Below the pieces are notes generated by a model. That model was not told the DNA's origin and made no database searches. It worked only from the letters and a program-made list of their open reading frames with translations. A DNA stretch of 64,000 nucleotides from Nageia nagi (lineage: Eukaryota; Plantae; Pinophyta), in the NCBI GenBank assembly GCA_050084985.1, contig JBITNC010000001.1:204662001-204726000 (forward strand), read 5' to 3'. Within the stretch, counting starts at the first letter, position 1. Each line of letters starts with the position of its first letter. Shown here one piece after another: positions 50,076 to 63,700 of this stretch. The translations under genes and the position numbers were made by a program.

Positions 50076-52459
50076 CTGTACTCCAGAAAACCAAATTGTG
50101 AGATCCACATATATGATAGGAATGATCCATCCACATACTGAAAGAATTATCATATAATCAATGCAAAAAATGTTCTTTTGGTGCCTGCTGAAAGCTGTAA
50201 TCAACATAATACATTTTTTATTTATGCAAAATTCAAGTTTGATATAACAGACATTGACAATTTTGAGTCATAAAAATTCAATGAACTAAATATTGTATCC
50301 AACATAGGTTAATCCATACTTCTCTGAAGAGTTGACCATTGCATAAACATTTTGACATGTTTATTTTTTCAAAAATAGACAAAATTAAAATAAAATAGAA
50401 AAGTCCACATCTGTTGAGCTTCAAGAAAGCCAAGAGATATGTGGGAGTTAAAAAACTTCCATGAGAATCCAACTGGCATGGGAAACTAAAGAAGTATACC
50501 CCAAATATATTATGTTATACACTTGTTTCTTTTTTTTGTATGTGGTGTTTCTGTGTGTATGTACTCAGAATGTATTTACTAATTTGAAAACAATACAAGA
50601 CTCCACTGAAATACCAAAATCTAGTCTTGAATTTCTTATTCTGCTATGTCAATCTATGTATGAGATATCTTCATTTGGTTTTGCTAGATTGGTGTCGTAC
50701 TTATTGGGTGTTTAAAAGTAATTCCCAAAATGAATAAGTGCAATCAAAGTCAGCAAAATTAACATTTTGTACCAGAGACAGTTGGAATGTAGGTTGCGAA
50801 AAATCATTTTTCTTCCCAAAAGAAGGTTGGAGAGTTTTTTCCAGTGTCATTTGTGAGCTATGATGGCAAAACACAAAGGCAACGCAAACCTTCCTTTTTC
50901 TGAGTTTAATAGTGAAGACTATGATTATTGGAGCATCAAAATGCAGATTCTCTTAAGGTCTAAAGCATTGTAGACAAGTGTGAAAAATCAGTGTGTTCCT
51001 CCAAAGGATAGCAAGATCTTGTTAAAGGCTGATAAGGACACCAAGGAGAAGGAGCAAAATAATTTTTAAGCATTCTACAACATCCTTTCAGCCTTGGATA
51101 AACCTATTTTTTCTCTTGTGAGAATCATGGGAACTGCAAATGAAGCTTGGAAAGCTTTAAAGGATTCCTATGGTGGATCAAATGACCAAATCAAAATTAT
51201 GAGGCTTCAAAGTGCATTTGTGAATCTCAAGATGATCGAAGGAGAAAAAATGGAGGATTTTGTACGAGTCAAAGATCATGTTAACAAGATGGCCAGTAAT
51301 GGAGAAAAATTGGACGATTCGGTTACTTGCAAGAAACTATTGAGGTCATTTCTCCCAAAGTTTTGCTAACTCGCAACAGTGCTTGAGCATACCAAGGACT
51401 TTAAGAAACTGAAGTTTGATGAACTTCAATGAGCTCTTGTCATATGAAGAAGGCTTGGAGGAGGATGAAGTCACTTTTGACAAGGATCTTGCCTCGAAGG
51501 CAAGTGTCTCAAAAGGAGCCTGTTTTTAGTTCCAAGAGCTAAGGGAAAGGCCAAGAAAGTGGAGCTAATGGGTCTAAGGGGAACAGACAACCAAAGAAGA
51601 AAGGTCTATTATGTCACTATTGCAAGAAACCAAGCCATTTTACAAGAAAAAATAGACAAAAAGTTGTTGATAAAGGAAAAGTCGTAGAAACAAAAAAACA
51701 AGGGAGCTAAAAGCAAACATTGTCCATGAAGTGGATGAAGATGATGATGAAGAATTTATTTTCTTGAAAATTAATAAATTTGAAAATTTATGTTCTTGAA
51801 AATTAATAATTGAACTGTTGACTCGCGTTGTTCCAACCATGTGATAGGAAAGAAGGAGCTCTTCACCAAGTTGGGCACTTCTCATAGGAGTTAGTTGAAG
51901 ATTGATAACATGATTGCACTCAGTGTGCATGGAAAAGGAGTCATGAAAGAGAACACTAAGCATGGTAAGAAAAAAATGCTTGTTACATACTATGCTCCAA
52001 ACATGAAATATAATTTGCTTCTTGTGGGACAACTTACAAAACATAAGTATGAGATCACAGTCAAAAAGGATCAGCTTGGGAGGGTTGTCTACTTCATCTT
52101 GGAACATGGTAAAATTGTGACAATGGTTCCTATGACCAAAAATAGAACTTGGTTTGGAAACCTTAATGTCTCTAGTTTGAACAGAATGTCCACCAAAGAA
52201 TTGGTACTTGGGCTGCCAGTTATTGAAGAAAATAAGGATTTTTGTGAGGGGTGTGCTTCAAGAAAGCATGCTACAAAGAAATTCCCAGATTTGGAGGGCT
52301 TCTGCAATACTTTAGCTTGCGCACACCAATCTATGTGGACTCATGAACAAACCAAGCATTAGTAAATCTTTTTATTACATGTCTTTGATTGATGATTTAT
52401 CAAGAAGATGTTGGAGTTTCTTTTTGAAATCCAAAGATTAGGCATTTGGTGAAGGAATT

Positions 52460-55010
52460 TATTTCTTCATGATTAAGATTGCAATGTTTTATTTTTAATT
52501 GGAAGAAGGAAAGTTTGTAGAGTCAACTTCCATGCCATGTAATATGGAGGAAAAATCAAATATATGCATGGGTTTTAAAATTTGCCCACGTGCACATCCC
52601 TCCAATTTCAAACTGCAACATATTAGTGAGACATTAATATCTCCACATACTCCTCCCTGTAGTTGTTGGTCAAAGGAGACCCATAATAGATTTCATAGAC
52701 GGATCCTTCACATGGAAAAACATGGACCACCGTTGACTTTCCAGTTGCAGTCTTCAACACTCCAGTGCCCACAAAGTACTCCACTACAGCACTATCAATC
52801 ACTCCTGCCTGGTAGATGCTCAATTAATGCATTTGTGGAGAACATTGTGCTATATAGACTAATTTTTTTACCATTTTTGTGGTTGTTACCTTCACCATAG
52901 TAGGCAACAGCAGCCCATGAGTGCCATGGCACCATGTATCTCTTTTGCAAACAAGTCATAGGTGGCTTGCTTAGATGCAGTCTTTTGAGCCTACAGGAAC
53001 TGCACAGATGAATCCTTTGTAGTTTACAGGTTGAGCTTTTGTAGCTCATAGCAAAGAGATGTAGAGATAGTATTTGTTATTGTCCAAGCCTTTAATGGCT
53101 TTGTGTGAGTTCTCTTTGAAGACCCACTTGATGTATTTTGTTGATCCTTACAACAATGAAGACCATGGCACTTTGTTTCATGCATGGCAATGTTCGGTGC
53201 CTCAAATGCACTATAACCAACACACTTTGTATGTGAAAAATAAAGTCTATAGCTCTTTTTTTACTGAAGCAATGTGTAACATTATTTTGGAACAATACAA
53301 AGTTCTTTATTCCATATTTGGCATTCATATACTAAGTATTTATTTCCATTCATTTTGTGTATTTTCCTCATAGTTAGAAAAATCGGAATCGGATCAGAAT
53401 CATTTGGTTGCAGAATTCCGATTTTTTGAAAAAACGGACAAAATCGGCAAAAAAATCAGATAAAATCGACAAAAAATTGGCATGAGAAAAAATGGAGGAA
53501 CTTCTTCGGTTTTAGCTAAATCTCAAAAAATCGGATAAAATCGGATAGAATCGGCAAAAAATCGTCGGCCGATTCAATGCCGATTTTTTTCGGAAAAATC
53601 ACAATTTTTTTATCTAAAAAATCAGAATCGGAATCGGGAAAAATCGGATAAACACTTATTTGAAAAAAATCAGATCCGATTCGAATTGGATCGTTGCTTG
53701 GCCGCCGATTCCGATTTGATTTTTACAACTATGATTTTCCCTGTATGAAAACATGTTTTCCATGGTAAAACCAGCAAGCTTTTAGGATCCATATCTTTTT
53801 CCTCACATTTTTATATGTTATGGGTATTATATAATTGGAAAGCCCTTTTTAAGAGCTTTCCATCCATATATAGCATGTCATACTTTGTGTGATTATTTAC
53901 CACCCTTTCATCATAATTTTCACACATAGTCTAATCAGTCCACAGTTTGATAGGCCTTCATATCGCCAGTGTTTTATCCATCCTCTTGAGCTGATTCTTG
54001 TTCCATTGGATAACTCTTTTCAAGAGTTTTCCAATGATATATAACACTAGGAATATTTGTTGTAAATTGCCAAAGTTACATGACATTCTTTCCAGCCCTA
54101 TGTGTAGCCTATGACTTGTAGTAACCTGTAGCAACTATGTTTGTTTGTCGACTATGTTTGTTTTCCGTCATGAATCACCAAAGTTTCATTGCTCCATTTA
54201 TGTTGAGTCATACACCATTGGAAAGCCCTTTTGAAGAGATTTCCAACCATATATAACACGACCCCCCCTTTGCTCCAAAATCATCACTTTGAACATGACC
54301 TTGTATTTTGGTGATACCACTACATTTTGGCGACTCAACTTCCTTTTGTCAACCTGAAGTTCAGACTTGAATCACCAAAGTTATACTGAGTCAAATTGGT
54401 GATGGGTTATATATCATTAGAAAAGTCTCTTTGAGCAATTTCCAACCATATATAACTTGACATACTTTGTTGAAGTTCATTTTGGTGAACAAATTGCCAA
54501 ACTTCCAAATCATCAAGTTGATTGCATTTTGGTGACCCAACTTCAAATTCAAATTGTCAAAGATCTACAACTCCATTTGAGGTGTGAGTAACCGTTGGAA
54601 AGCTCTCAACAATCTCTATCCAACCATGTATAAATATTCAAATTTTGTGTTGATTCATCTTGGCAACCATGCCAATCTTGACAGCACTATATTCTCACAT
54701 GCGAGCTGGCGAACGAGTTTGCTAGGTCATTGGAGCATCATCAAACTTCAGCAAATTCTTCACATCACCATAACTCGTTTAGCCACAAATCTTTGGTAGG
54801 AAGCTCTTCAAATCCTTCAACCAGTGTCCTAAAGGTTGGTATCAGAGTTTGGCAATATCCGAGGTTATTTGTCAACCCTTCCAGTCTGGCGATATATAAA
54901 ATTCTAACATGGTATCAAAGTCAGAGCTTCAAGCCTCCAACTCCAAAATCTTCATTTGGCATATTCAAAAAAAGGATGGCCATAATGGAGGAGATGGGGA
55001 TTGTAATAAA
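52460..55010. mobile_element. Unclassified insertion splitting the Copia integrase, probably DNA-transposon-derived
   Basis: The integrase stops at about 52450 and resumes at about 55010. A TTGGAAAGCCCTTTT.AAGAG.TTTCCA..CATATATAAC-like motif recurs at about 53836, 54006, 54218, 54417 and 54595. Confidence 0.5.
53369..53733. mobile_element. hAT-type MITE (365 bp)
   Basis: TIR CATAGTT..AAAATC/GATTTTTACAACTATG, 8-bp TSD ATTTTCCT/ATTTTCCC and dense AATCGG/CCGATT subterminal repeats. Confidence 0.85.
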
Positions 55011-55438
55011 AAATTGAAGAAGTGATTGAGATGGTGAATTTTGTTCAAAAGAGTTCATTGTTGAAGTATTGTAAAGACCATGGCATTAAAAAGCAATTGA
55101 CCACATCTTATACACCCCAACAAATTGGGGTTGCTAAAAGTATAAAACGGACTCTTATAAACATGGCAATGAGCATGATACATCATAAAGGTTTGGGCTA
55201 TTCAAATTGAGTTGAGGTAGTTGATGTGGCAACACATATCCAAATGCTCAATCCAACAAGTGTAAACAAGGACAAGACTCTCTTTGAGATATGGTGTGGT
55301 TTGAAACACAAGGTTGGGCACTTGAAGGTTTTTGGATGCCTAGCACATGTCCATGTTGAGAACAAGTTAAGGAAAAATCTTAAGCCAACGAGTATTCCAT
55401 GTGTGTTTGTGGGATATTCAAAGGCAAGCAAACAATAC

Positions 55439-57410
55439 TGTTGTGCCCACATAACACGCTCCAAATTTTTGCAAATTTGGGGACCCAATTTGGATCAAGC
55501 CAATGAAGAGAATTGTCTTGGGCGACAAAAAGATGATTTTGAGCAGTCTAAAGAGACAAGATTGTGGATCGATGCACAAAGATTGCTCATGAGGGGCCTT
55601 GAGGCGATTCAAAGTATTCAGTCACCATTTTTGGAGCCAAGAAGTCATGATTCAAGCAACACATCAGAGCAAAAGTTTTAGGGTCATAAAAAGGCTTGTT
55701 GGAAATGAGCTCATTTTTATCTTCAGAATTTGCAAAAACTGACAAGATGGGTTTATAAAGGATCCCAGGTCATGCACTTTTAAACTTGGAATTTTCTAAA
55801 AATGACCAAAGATGCTCCTCCTACAACTTTGGTGGCATCAATGGGAAAAAAGGAGCGCCTAAGAGCAAATTCATCCATTTTTTTACTTTCACATGGAAAT
55901 TTTGAAAGTGCAATAGGGTAAAATATAAAAAACCATGCAAATTTAAGCTTGGAGATATTACCAAAAGATCTAAATTGCTCTATCTATAAGAAGGCACTCA
56001 TTTTATAGGATTTGGTCGTGTCAAAGGCATAAGATGTGTGCTTAGAGGATAAGGGCACAATTTTGACCAAATTTTGAAAATATTTTTAAAAACATGAGCA
56101 AATGTAGAATAGAAAATCAAGTATATTTGACCTTGGGACTTTTCCAAAAGAGTAAAAAAGGCATCCAAGAGAGTGAAATTTCATTAAAAGTGAAATTTTG
56201 TGGTTTGAATATTTTTGCACCTTTTCCTTGAAAACGTTTTAGGATAGTTTTGTTGAAAATATTTCAAAGTGTTTGAATCATCTTAAGATAGTTGCTTTTT
56301 CCATGGCTTGCATGCTAAATGAATGTATTCTGAATTCGCTTTCTTTCTATGCCATGTGATTAGAAGTTTCATTTGTTCTTCGCTAAGTTCTTTTTACTGC
56401 TAATTAGTCCTGTAAAAAAAGTATCGACAGTCAACTTTTCTCTTCACTCTTGATTGAAATGACTTGAACAACAATCATTTATTTCAAGCTTGATGAATTG
56501 AATGAAACTATCTTAATTGATCCGGAAAGAAGGAAGTTTAGACAATGCTTCATTGTGGTGGTCACTTTGAAACCTAACCAGCATTGTGTTGAAACACTCT
56601 CACCTATTTGTTTACTTATCCTTTTCTTGCTTTCCTTTTTTTGAAAACCACAACTTTCAATCTTTGCATAAAACACCTCAGTGCCCTATAAAAACATGAG
56701 TTGACTTCCATTACCTCTATTACACCATTGAGTTGATTCCTAAACAAGTGTTACTAAGCTATTAAAATTGAACTTGCATTTTTTGTAACTTTGAATACAA
56801 AAGCTTTGGAGTATCAATCCTTACAAGAGGGGATAGGTAATGCTATCTCACCTAAATGTTGGGTTGCTTTTCCATTTATCCCCATTTTGATAATCTTTGT
56901 TAGAGGAAAGATTTCCTTCCCAACACATACCAATTTAACAATCCAAGGATCAAAAAAATCATAGAATTTAGAGATATGATCTTTGATGAAGGGGGAGAGT
57001 ATCTGCAACAAGGTTGTAAAAAACTTTGTGAGTATTGGAAAGACAATTGGAGCTTTGGACCAGCCTTCTATACCACCTCCAAATCCACCCGCATCACCAC
57101 AATAGTGGAGAGGCACAAGTGGCACCTCTTCTTCAAGTTAATATGATCATGATGGTGAGACTAGTGATTATTCTACAATCAACAAGGTTAGCATGCCACT
57201 AGAGGTAAGAAAATTATTAAAGATCATCATCAATAAAATTCCAATGATGATAATGAATATTGCATGTGCTCCTACTCATATCTATTTAAAGAAAGGGAAT
57301 TAGCCACTTCTCTAGGTGGCCAACCTATCATTTTTAAATAACCTAGAAATTGATTATTTGACTAAAAATGGGTTATGGGTGCTCAAATAGACCTATTGTA
57401 CACCCTCACA
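55439..57410 (+). mobile_element. LTR-like unit 3 (same 5' terminus family), right end uncertain
   Basis: Starts TGTTGTGCCCACATAACACGCTCCAAATTTTTGCAAATTTGGGGACCC exactly where the Copia reading frame (SKASKQY) breaks. No matching right TSD found. Confidence 0.6.
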
Positions 57411-57663
57411 ATATTATCATAGAGCCAACATCCTAAGGGCATGACTTTACATGAAAGAGGAGATTAGCTTCATAGAAGAAACTGATACTCGAGCACATTG
57501 TGAATTGTCTAAGGGTAAAAAAAGTTGTGGGGCAAACCGGATGTTTAAGACTAAGCACGAGAGTGATGGAAGTGTTGAAAAGCACAAGGCTAGGTTAGTG
57601 GCAAGAGGTTTCACACAAAGAGAAGAAATAGATTATGATGAGAACTTTGAATTTGTAGCTAGG

Positions 57664-58206
57664 AACAACCCTCTTTTAGTGTAATTCGCAGTTTGGAAAA
57701 GTTTGGTAACACCAAACTTTTGAAATCAAAGAACAGCCCTCTTTTAGTGTGATTAGTAGCTTGAGAAAGTTTGGTGACATCAAATTTTTGAAATCAGCAA
57801 ACAACCATCTTTTAGTGTAATTCGCAACCTGGGAAAGTTTGGTGACGCCAACCTTTTGAAATCATCAAACAACCCTCTTTTAGTGTAATTCGCAGTCTGG
57901 GAAAGTTTGGTGACACCAAACTTTTGAAATCAACGAAGAGCCCTCTTTTAGTGTAATTCGTAGCCTAGTTAAGTTTGGTGACACCAAACTTTTGAAATCA
58001 ACAAATAGCCCTCTTTTAGTGTAATGCGCAGCCTAGGAAAATTTGGTGACACCAAACTTTTGAAATCAACGAATAGCCTCTTTTAGTGTAATTCGCAGCC
58101 TGGGCAAGTTTGGTGACACCAAACTTTTGAAATCAACGAATAGCCCTCTTTTAGTGTAATTCGCAGCCTGGGCAAGTTTGGTGACACCAAACTTTTGAAA
58201 TCAGCG
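57664..58206. repeat. 68-bp tandem repeat, 8 units, followed by about 3 degenerate units to about 58400
   Basis: Unit starts at 57664, 57732, 57800, 57868, 57936, 58004, 58072 and 58139. Each unit contains the palindrome AAGTTTGGTG-A-CACCAAACTT or a close variant. Confidence 0.95.
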
Positions 58207-60709
58207 AACATGCCTTCTTGATCCCCTTAGTCGCCAATTTTGAAAGTTTGGTGTTGCCAAATATTAAGAATGGCAAACAAGCTCCTAGCCACCAATTTTG
58301 AGATTTTGGCATCACCAAACTTTGAGAATGGACGAACAAGCTCCTAGTCTCCAGTTTTGAACTTTTGGCATCAGCAAACTTCCAAAATGGGCGAACAAGC
58401 ATTTTATGGCTCATTTGTCACCAATTTCAACCTTTTTGAGTTCAACAAACTCCCATATGTTGCGAACTTTGGGAACTTGATCATTTTAACTTCAAAATTT
58501 ATCCTTTTTCTTTGTTATACTCTTCTGAGATGAGAAATTGTTCTTGTAACCCCTTAAATATCCCTGATGAAGTTCAATTGATTCTTGGCTTTTTGAAAGT
58601 GATCTTAGCTCCAATCCCTCTAAAGTCTCAATAATGCCTTCATCTCATGCTTCCAAGCTGATTTTCTCTACTACTCTGGCCAAAACAGGGCCCCCAAAAT
58701 TGCAAACAACAATAGCTAAAACAAAAACAAAACAAAACAAAACTAGAAGGAAAATTTTGGATACACAATGATATGCATCGTTCATTGGGTACGAGCCCTT
58801 GTCAACAATGTCACTCATGGTTGCATCACCATTTTGCATTATAGTGAGTGAACTCTCACTATCTATTAAAGTAGTCATCAAGACACCTATGTTATTGTCT
58901 AGGTTCCAGAGATGTTTGTGGCACTGTTTCCTCGTTTCCCACTCACTAGACGGATCCCAACGACGTATAACATCATTTCAAATGTCCTCATCTTTCTCTT
59001 CACTCACCACAATTGCGATAGTAGCTTGAGGCTTCTTGTACTTTGTTTGTGCTTTATCAGTAGCATGAGGCTTGTTGGTCGCACTCCCATTTTATACCCC
59101 TCATCTGTCATCCATGACTTTGGATAATCTCTTATTCTTGGATTTTCACCGATTGGCAGGGGACCAATGTTAGCATTCCTATTGCATTAAATAATTTGTG
59201 TTAGCATCATCCAAAGTGTCTGTTCCAATTGTAGTCTCTGGGCCGGAACAAATAGTTCCTGAGATCAGTATGCTCTCTTGAAATTTTCTTCTAAGCTCTC
59301 ATATGCCGATGGTGTCAAAAAAACCTACACTTGAATGGTCAAAACCTGAATGTTGTCTCAATGAGGAATCATCAAATTTGATTGAAAGCTTACAATATTG
59401 AACAAGTAAAAACACCAAACAAACACACACCAAACATAATGCAAAAATTAAAAGAAAACATAACAAAACTACATTAAAAAATCAAATATATGCCACTGAT
59501 ACCAAGGCCAAACATCTTATTTTGATCTCCTCTCAAGTGGATAAAACGAGTGGTTCCACTTTCATTTGACATATCCTCGTGATGTCCACGTGAGCATGAT
59601 AAGGTACTAAGATATGTCAAAAGAAACACACTTGAAAAATGGAAAGGGCCCCTCCTTCTAGCACTATTTATGTTGGAATGGAAATCCTTCCTTTTACAAA
59701 GTACCCTCGATGATGGCAAAATGGAAAGGAATCCCAACACCTAGGTGAGGTAGCATTACTTACCCCTTTTGAAAGGACTGATACCCCACTGTTTCTATCT
59801 TGAATTGTCTATGCTTTGTGATAAAATCTTGGAATAAGTCGGTCAAGGAGAGATATAACTATTAACCCACGTTGTATAAGGCATCTGGAATTTATTCCTA
59901 GCTTTGAAAATGTCTTCCTAGCTTCACCATGGTTCGTTTGAATTTCAATTCTTTTCAAGGTTTTGAAGTAGTAAAAGGTGAAACATTGTGTTTGAAAGAA
60001 AAGAAAAGAAAGAAACAAGAAAAAGCTTAAAAGAAAAGAGAGTAGAGGATAAATAAAGGTAGGCACGTTATGTTCACAATAGATCACACTTCACTAGCAA
60101 TGCATTGTCTAAGTTACTTATCTTTTGTTATTATTGAGAAACACTATCCATTCATCTAGTTTGCCATAAATGACATTGTCCAAGTTATAAGCAAACACGA
60201 GCACCAAGCAATTCAATCAAAGATGAAAGGGAATAGAAAATATGGAAGCATAAAGCAATATTGAGTAGATGTCTCTAACCAAATGACATAGAAGAAAGTT
60301 ACACTAAGATTACATTTACTTGACATGCAATTTGTGAAAGATATCAATCAAGTAACAACTCCAACGTTTTAAGAGAGAGAGACCACTCTATTTACACGAC
60401 GAGAGGTGAGTTGGCGGCATAACATGAGCGGGGCTATCATTTCTCGAAGTCCCACGCTCAAATCTGGAATTGAAGTTGGAGAGGAACCAAGGACATCATA
60501 CTTCGAGGTCACTCACATGAGGGAAGCAATGGAGTTGGAAGGAGATTCGGGAAATGATGCATGCGAATTCATTGATTGGACATTTGCGGGGTGGGAGGCC
60601 TAGCTTCGGGACTTAAGAGAAGGGCGATGGGCTGAGGTATGACCATTAACTAAATCGAAATTTGCAGAGCACATGCAAAGAGCGTTAGTGTTAATGGAGG
60701 AATTCAAAA

Positions 60710-63700
60710 CAAGGGGAGGCGATGGAGGGCACAAGGACTTGCGCCAAAGTTGGCGAAGCTCCTTGTAAGTGATGATGTTCAAGAAGTGTTGAAGAAGGTG
60801 GGCTACTGGAACTTTTGGAGCTTTTTGAGGGCTATGATGTCAATGTCTGCCACATCACTGGGTGGAGGGGTGTGTAACGGTGGGGGCCTTTTCATTTGAA
60901 ATCTCCCTGGCAGTCTTGGCGGAAATCTTTGGTTTGGAAGATGAAGGTTTGAAGATAACAAGGGACAAACACCCGCAACAGACAGAGCTCAATTTTTTCT
61001 CCTCCTCGAAGAGAATTGGGTGGGACGGGAAATACATCTTGAGAGAAGGATTGCCTCAGCCATGTGTTGGGGGCTTTTTCTTTCCTACCCTTGCTAATTG
61101 GTAAATTGGATCACAAGGCTTGTAGAAAGACTCCAACACCTGAGTGGCGTGACCCCTACCCGCTATGAGGACTTTTACCTTAAAGGTTTGAAAGTGAAGG
61201 GTGCAAGGGTTCAGTCAGGTGATAAGGTGGAGATGTTTGAAGCTGTTAGCAACTCAAATGAAATTTGTTGATCAAGGACTCAAAGGATCCCTAATCCAAG
61301 AATAATTCTCTCAAAAAGAAGGAAAAAAGGTTTGTTACGAAAGCCACACAAAAAAAAATAGAAAATAAAGAAAAAGAGTTGTGAAAAGACGATGATATAT
61401 GAATTCAGCTCTAGGGCAATGTTCTCACCGATTAGTATGATTTTCTAAGACCGAACTTATGCAGGTTTGGCATAGGCTCCACGCACCCCAAATCCAACTC
61501 GAAAGGCGACAACACAAACGTCCCAACGAGAGGAGCTTGGCGCTAAGGCGATGGATAAGAAAGGTATCATGTGGGTAGAACTCAATTGTGGAGTGAAGTT
61601 CCTATATTAAACGGCATACACAAGTCATCTTAGAACACACTAATCCCATGTGCAAACTATGAAACTTTACAATCAAACACTTCTTGATATATTTCAAAAG
61701 GATATACAAGCATTCTTTTATCCACGAACAAGGTTTATAAAATGTCCCAAATACTCAAGATAGCATAAAAATGTAACACTCATTCACTTTCAAAGTCCCA
61801 AATGAAAACAAGCTCACTTCAATTTCTTCGAATTATATCACAATTGCGAAAAGGGAAAACTTGCAAGATTGAAAGTATTATGTAAGTAGTCCGATTTGCA
61901 AAAAAATGTCTGATCCTTCACAAATGAGCCCAAATGGGCTATAAATAGTTTTTAGAGCAACCTTGGATGTTGCCTTAACCCTAATTACGAGTTCCAAGAA
62001 ATAATACGTGGTCCAATCAATCATTGCCACATGGCATTACAAGATGTCCTCCAAGTTTGTGGGAGCAAATCCTCAAACATCACAAACTTGGGAATTAATT
62101 ATCAAATAATAACATTATTTAGTAAAATAATTGCATTTTCTTAAAAATTAAATAAAACTAAAAATTGTGACTATGGCACTCGTGGGCCAACACCTCAACG
62201 TGTTCCTCAAAGTTTTCATCTAAGAACTTCACCATGAGTTCTAGTCCGTGCAGCATTTCTGACACCTTCGGCCTGTTCCTGATGATACAGCATCCCACCT
62301 TGTTCACCATCCTTTGCATATCAACCCCCCATCTGGCCAACCTTGAGATATATGTCGGCTCAAAAACTCATGAAAAGCCACCTGTGCCCAAACGTTGGGG
62401 TTTTAGAGCCCAAACTAACTTGCTGCATGACAAAAAAAAGACAAAATTATGACTTTTTAAATCATGCGCCAGCCTTGAGGATGAGCATGCTCCCAACGTT
62501 GGGTCTCTTGCTTGCTTGCTTGCCTTCTTTGATCACCAAACTCACTCAGTAACCCGATTTCTCCTTATTTTTGGTCTTCCTGTCAGCTGGACTTGACAAT
62601 TTTGTTCTTTCATTTCAACTTGGGCAGCCTGTTAGCTTGGCGCATGGTTCCAAAAGTCAAGTTTGTGACTTTTTGAGGCATGCACCAGCCTTGCCTGCCC
62701 ATCCACCTTGGTCGCATAGTTCAAAAAGACGATATCATTCGCCAACCTCTAGATGATCTCATTTTCATGATTTGGTACTTAAGTGCTCATGCCTTTGCCA
62801 ACTTTTCATCTTTCTTGGATCCTGGAGGCTTCCTGGGCTTGGTGCATGCCTCAAAAAGTCAAGAATTTGTCCTTTGAGATCATGCGCCAGTCCTCCTAGG
62901 TGAGCTTGATCGAATCTTGAGGTTTTGGGCTTTATGACTTGTTCATTCTTTTATGTTTGCTCGAACTGGCAACCCTTCCAAGCTTGGTGCATGGTTCGCG
63001 CCAACCTCCTAAATGCCTTAGGTTCACACCCTGACCCTTGAACTCGCTCAATTCTTCCTTCTGGCCAAGTCGCATGGTTCAAAAAGACAAGATTTTGTCT
63101 TTTGAAACCATGTGCCAACCTTGTTGTGCCTTTGCCTTGGACTTTATGTGCTCCATTTCGTTCCAGCCTACTTCATGTGCTTGGCGCATGCCCAGAAAAA
63201 ACAAGATTTTGTCTCTTGGGGGCATGCACTGGGCTTGCAAGTGCCCCAAATTGCATATTTGAATATCTCTTCTAGTTTGGACAGTCTCTAAGCCCAGTCG
63301 CATGATTTCAAAAGACAAGATTTTGTCTTTTTTAACCATGTGCCAACCCTTGGAGATGCCCAATTTGAGTTGATCGAGCTCCGACTCATCCTGGACTCCT
63401 TGGTTCTCCTAAAGTCGACTTTACTCTTTCCAAACTTAATCATTTTTTTGGGAATTTCAAGATTTCTAACTTAGTATAATTGACCCTGGGCGAAGAATGA
63501 GGCTTGGACCAAAGAGGGATGATCCATGAATCTAGGTCTTTGTGACACAACTTGGGTGAGACAAGATGACGACAGAACGAAGTATATAATTGACACATTG
63601 AGGGTCCCCAAAATCGCAGGATTTTGGGGCATGTTGTGTTTTAGTCACAGCACCATGGCCGAAGGTAGTCGATACGATAATGAATTACTTCACCTGAATA

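Larger units (their letters stand above)
50412..57663 (+). mobile_element. Ty1/Copia element (5' LTR, gag, PR, IN, start of RT), interrupted twice and 3'-truncated
   Basis: LTR TGTTG...TAACA (50412-50764), decayed Met-PBS, DYDYWSIKM, CHYCKKPSH, VDSRCSNH, CEGC, TSYTPQQIGVA, LKVFGC and KHKARLVARGFTQ. Confidence 0.88.

Noticed and set aside
57664-58206. CRISPR-like look of regularly spaced palindromic repeats
   Set aside because: Whole 68-bp units repeat with no unique spacers, there are no cas genes and the context is eukaryotic. It is a tandem repeat.
62420-63350. CRISPR-like palindromes with variable spacers
   Set aside because: The repeats are degenerate, spacing is irregular (about 75-230 bp) and the array lies inside a TSD-flanked solo LTR.
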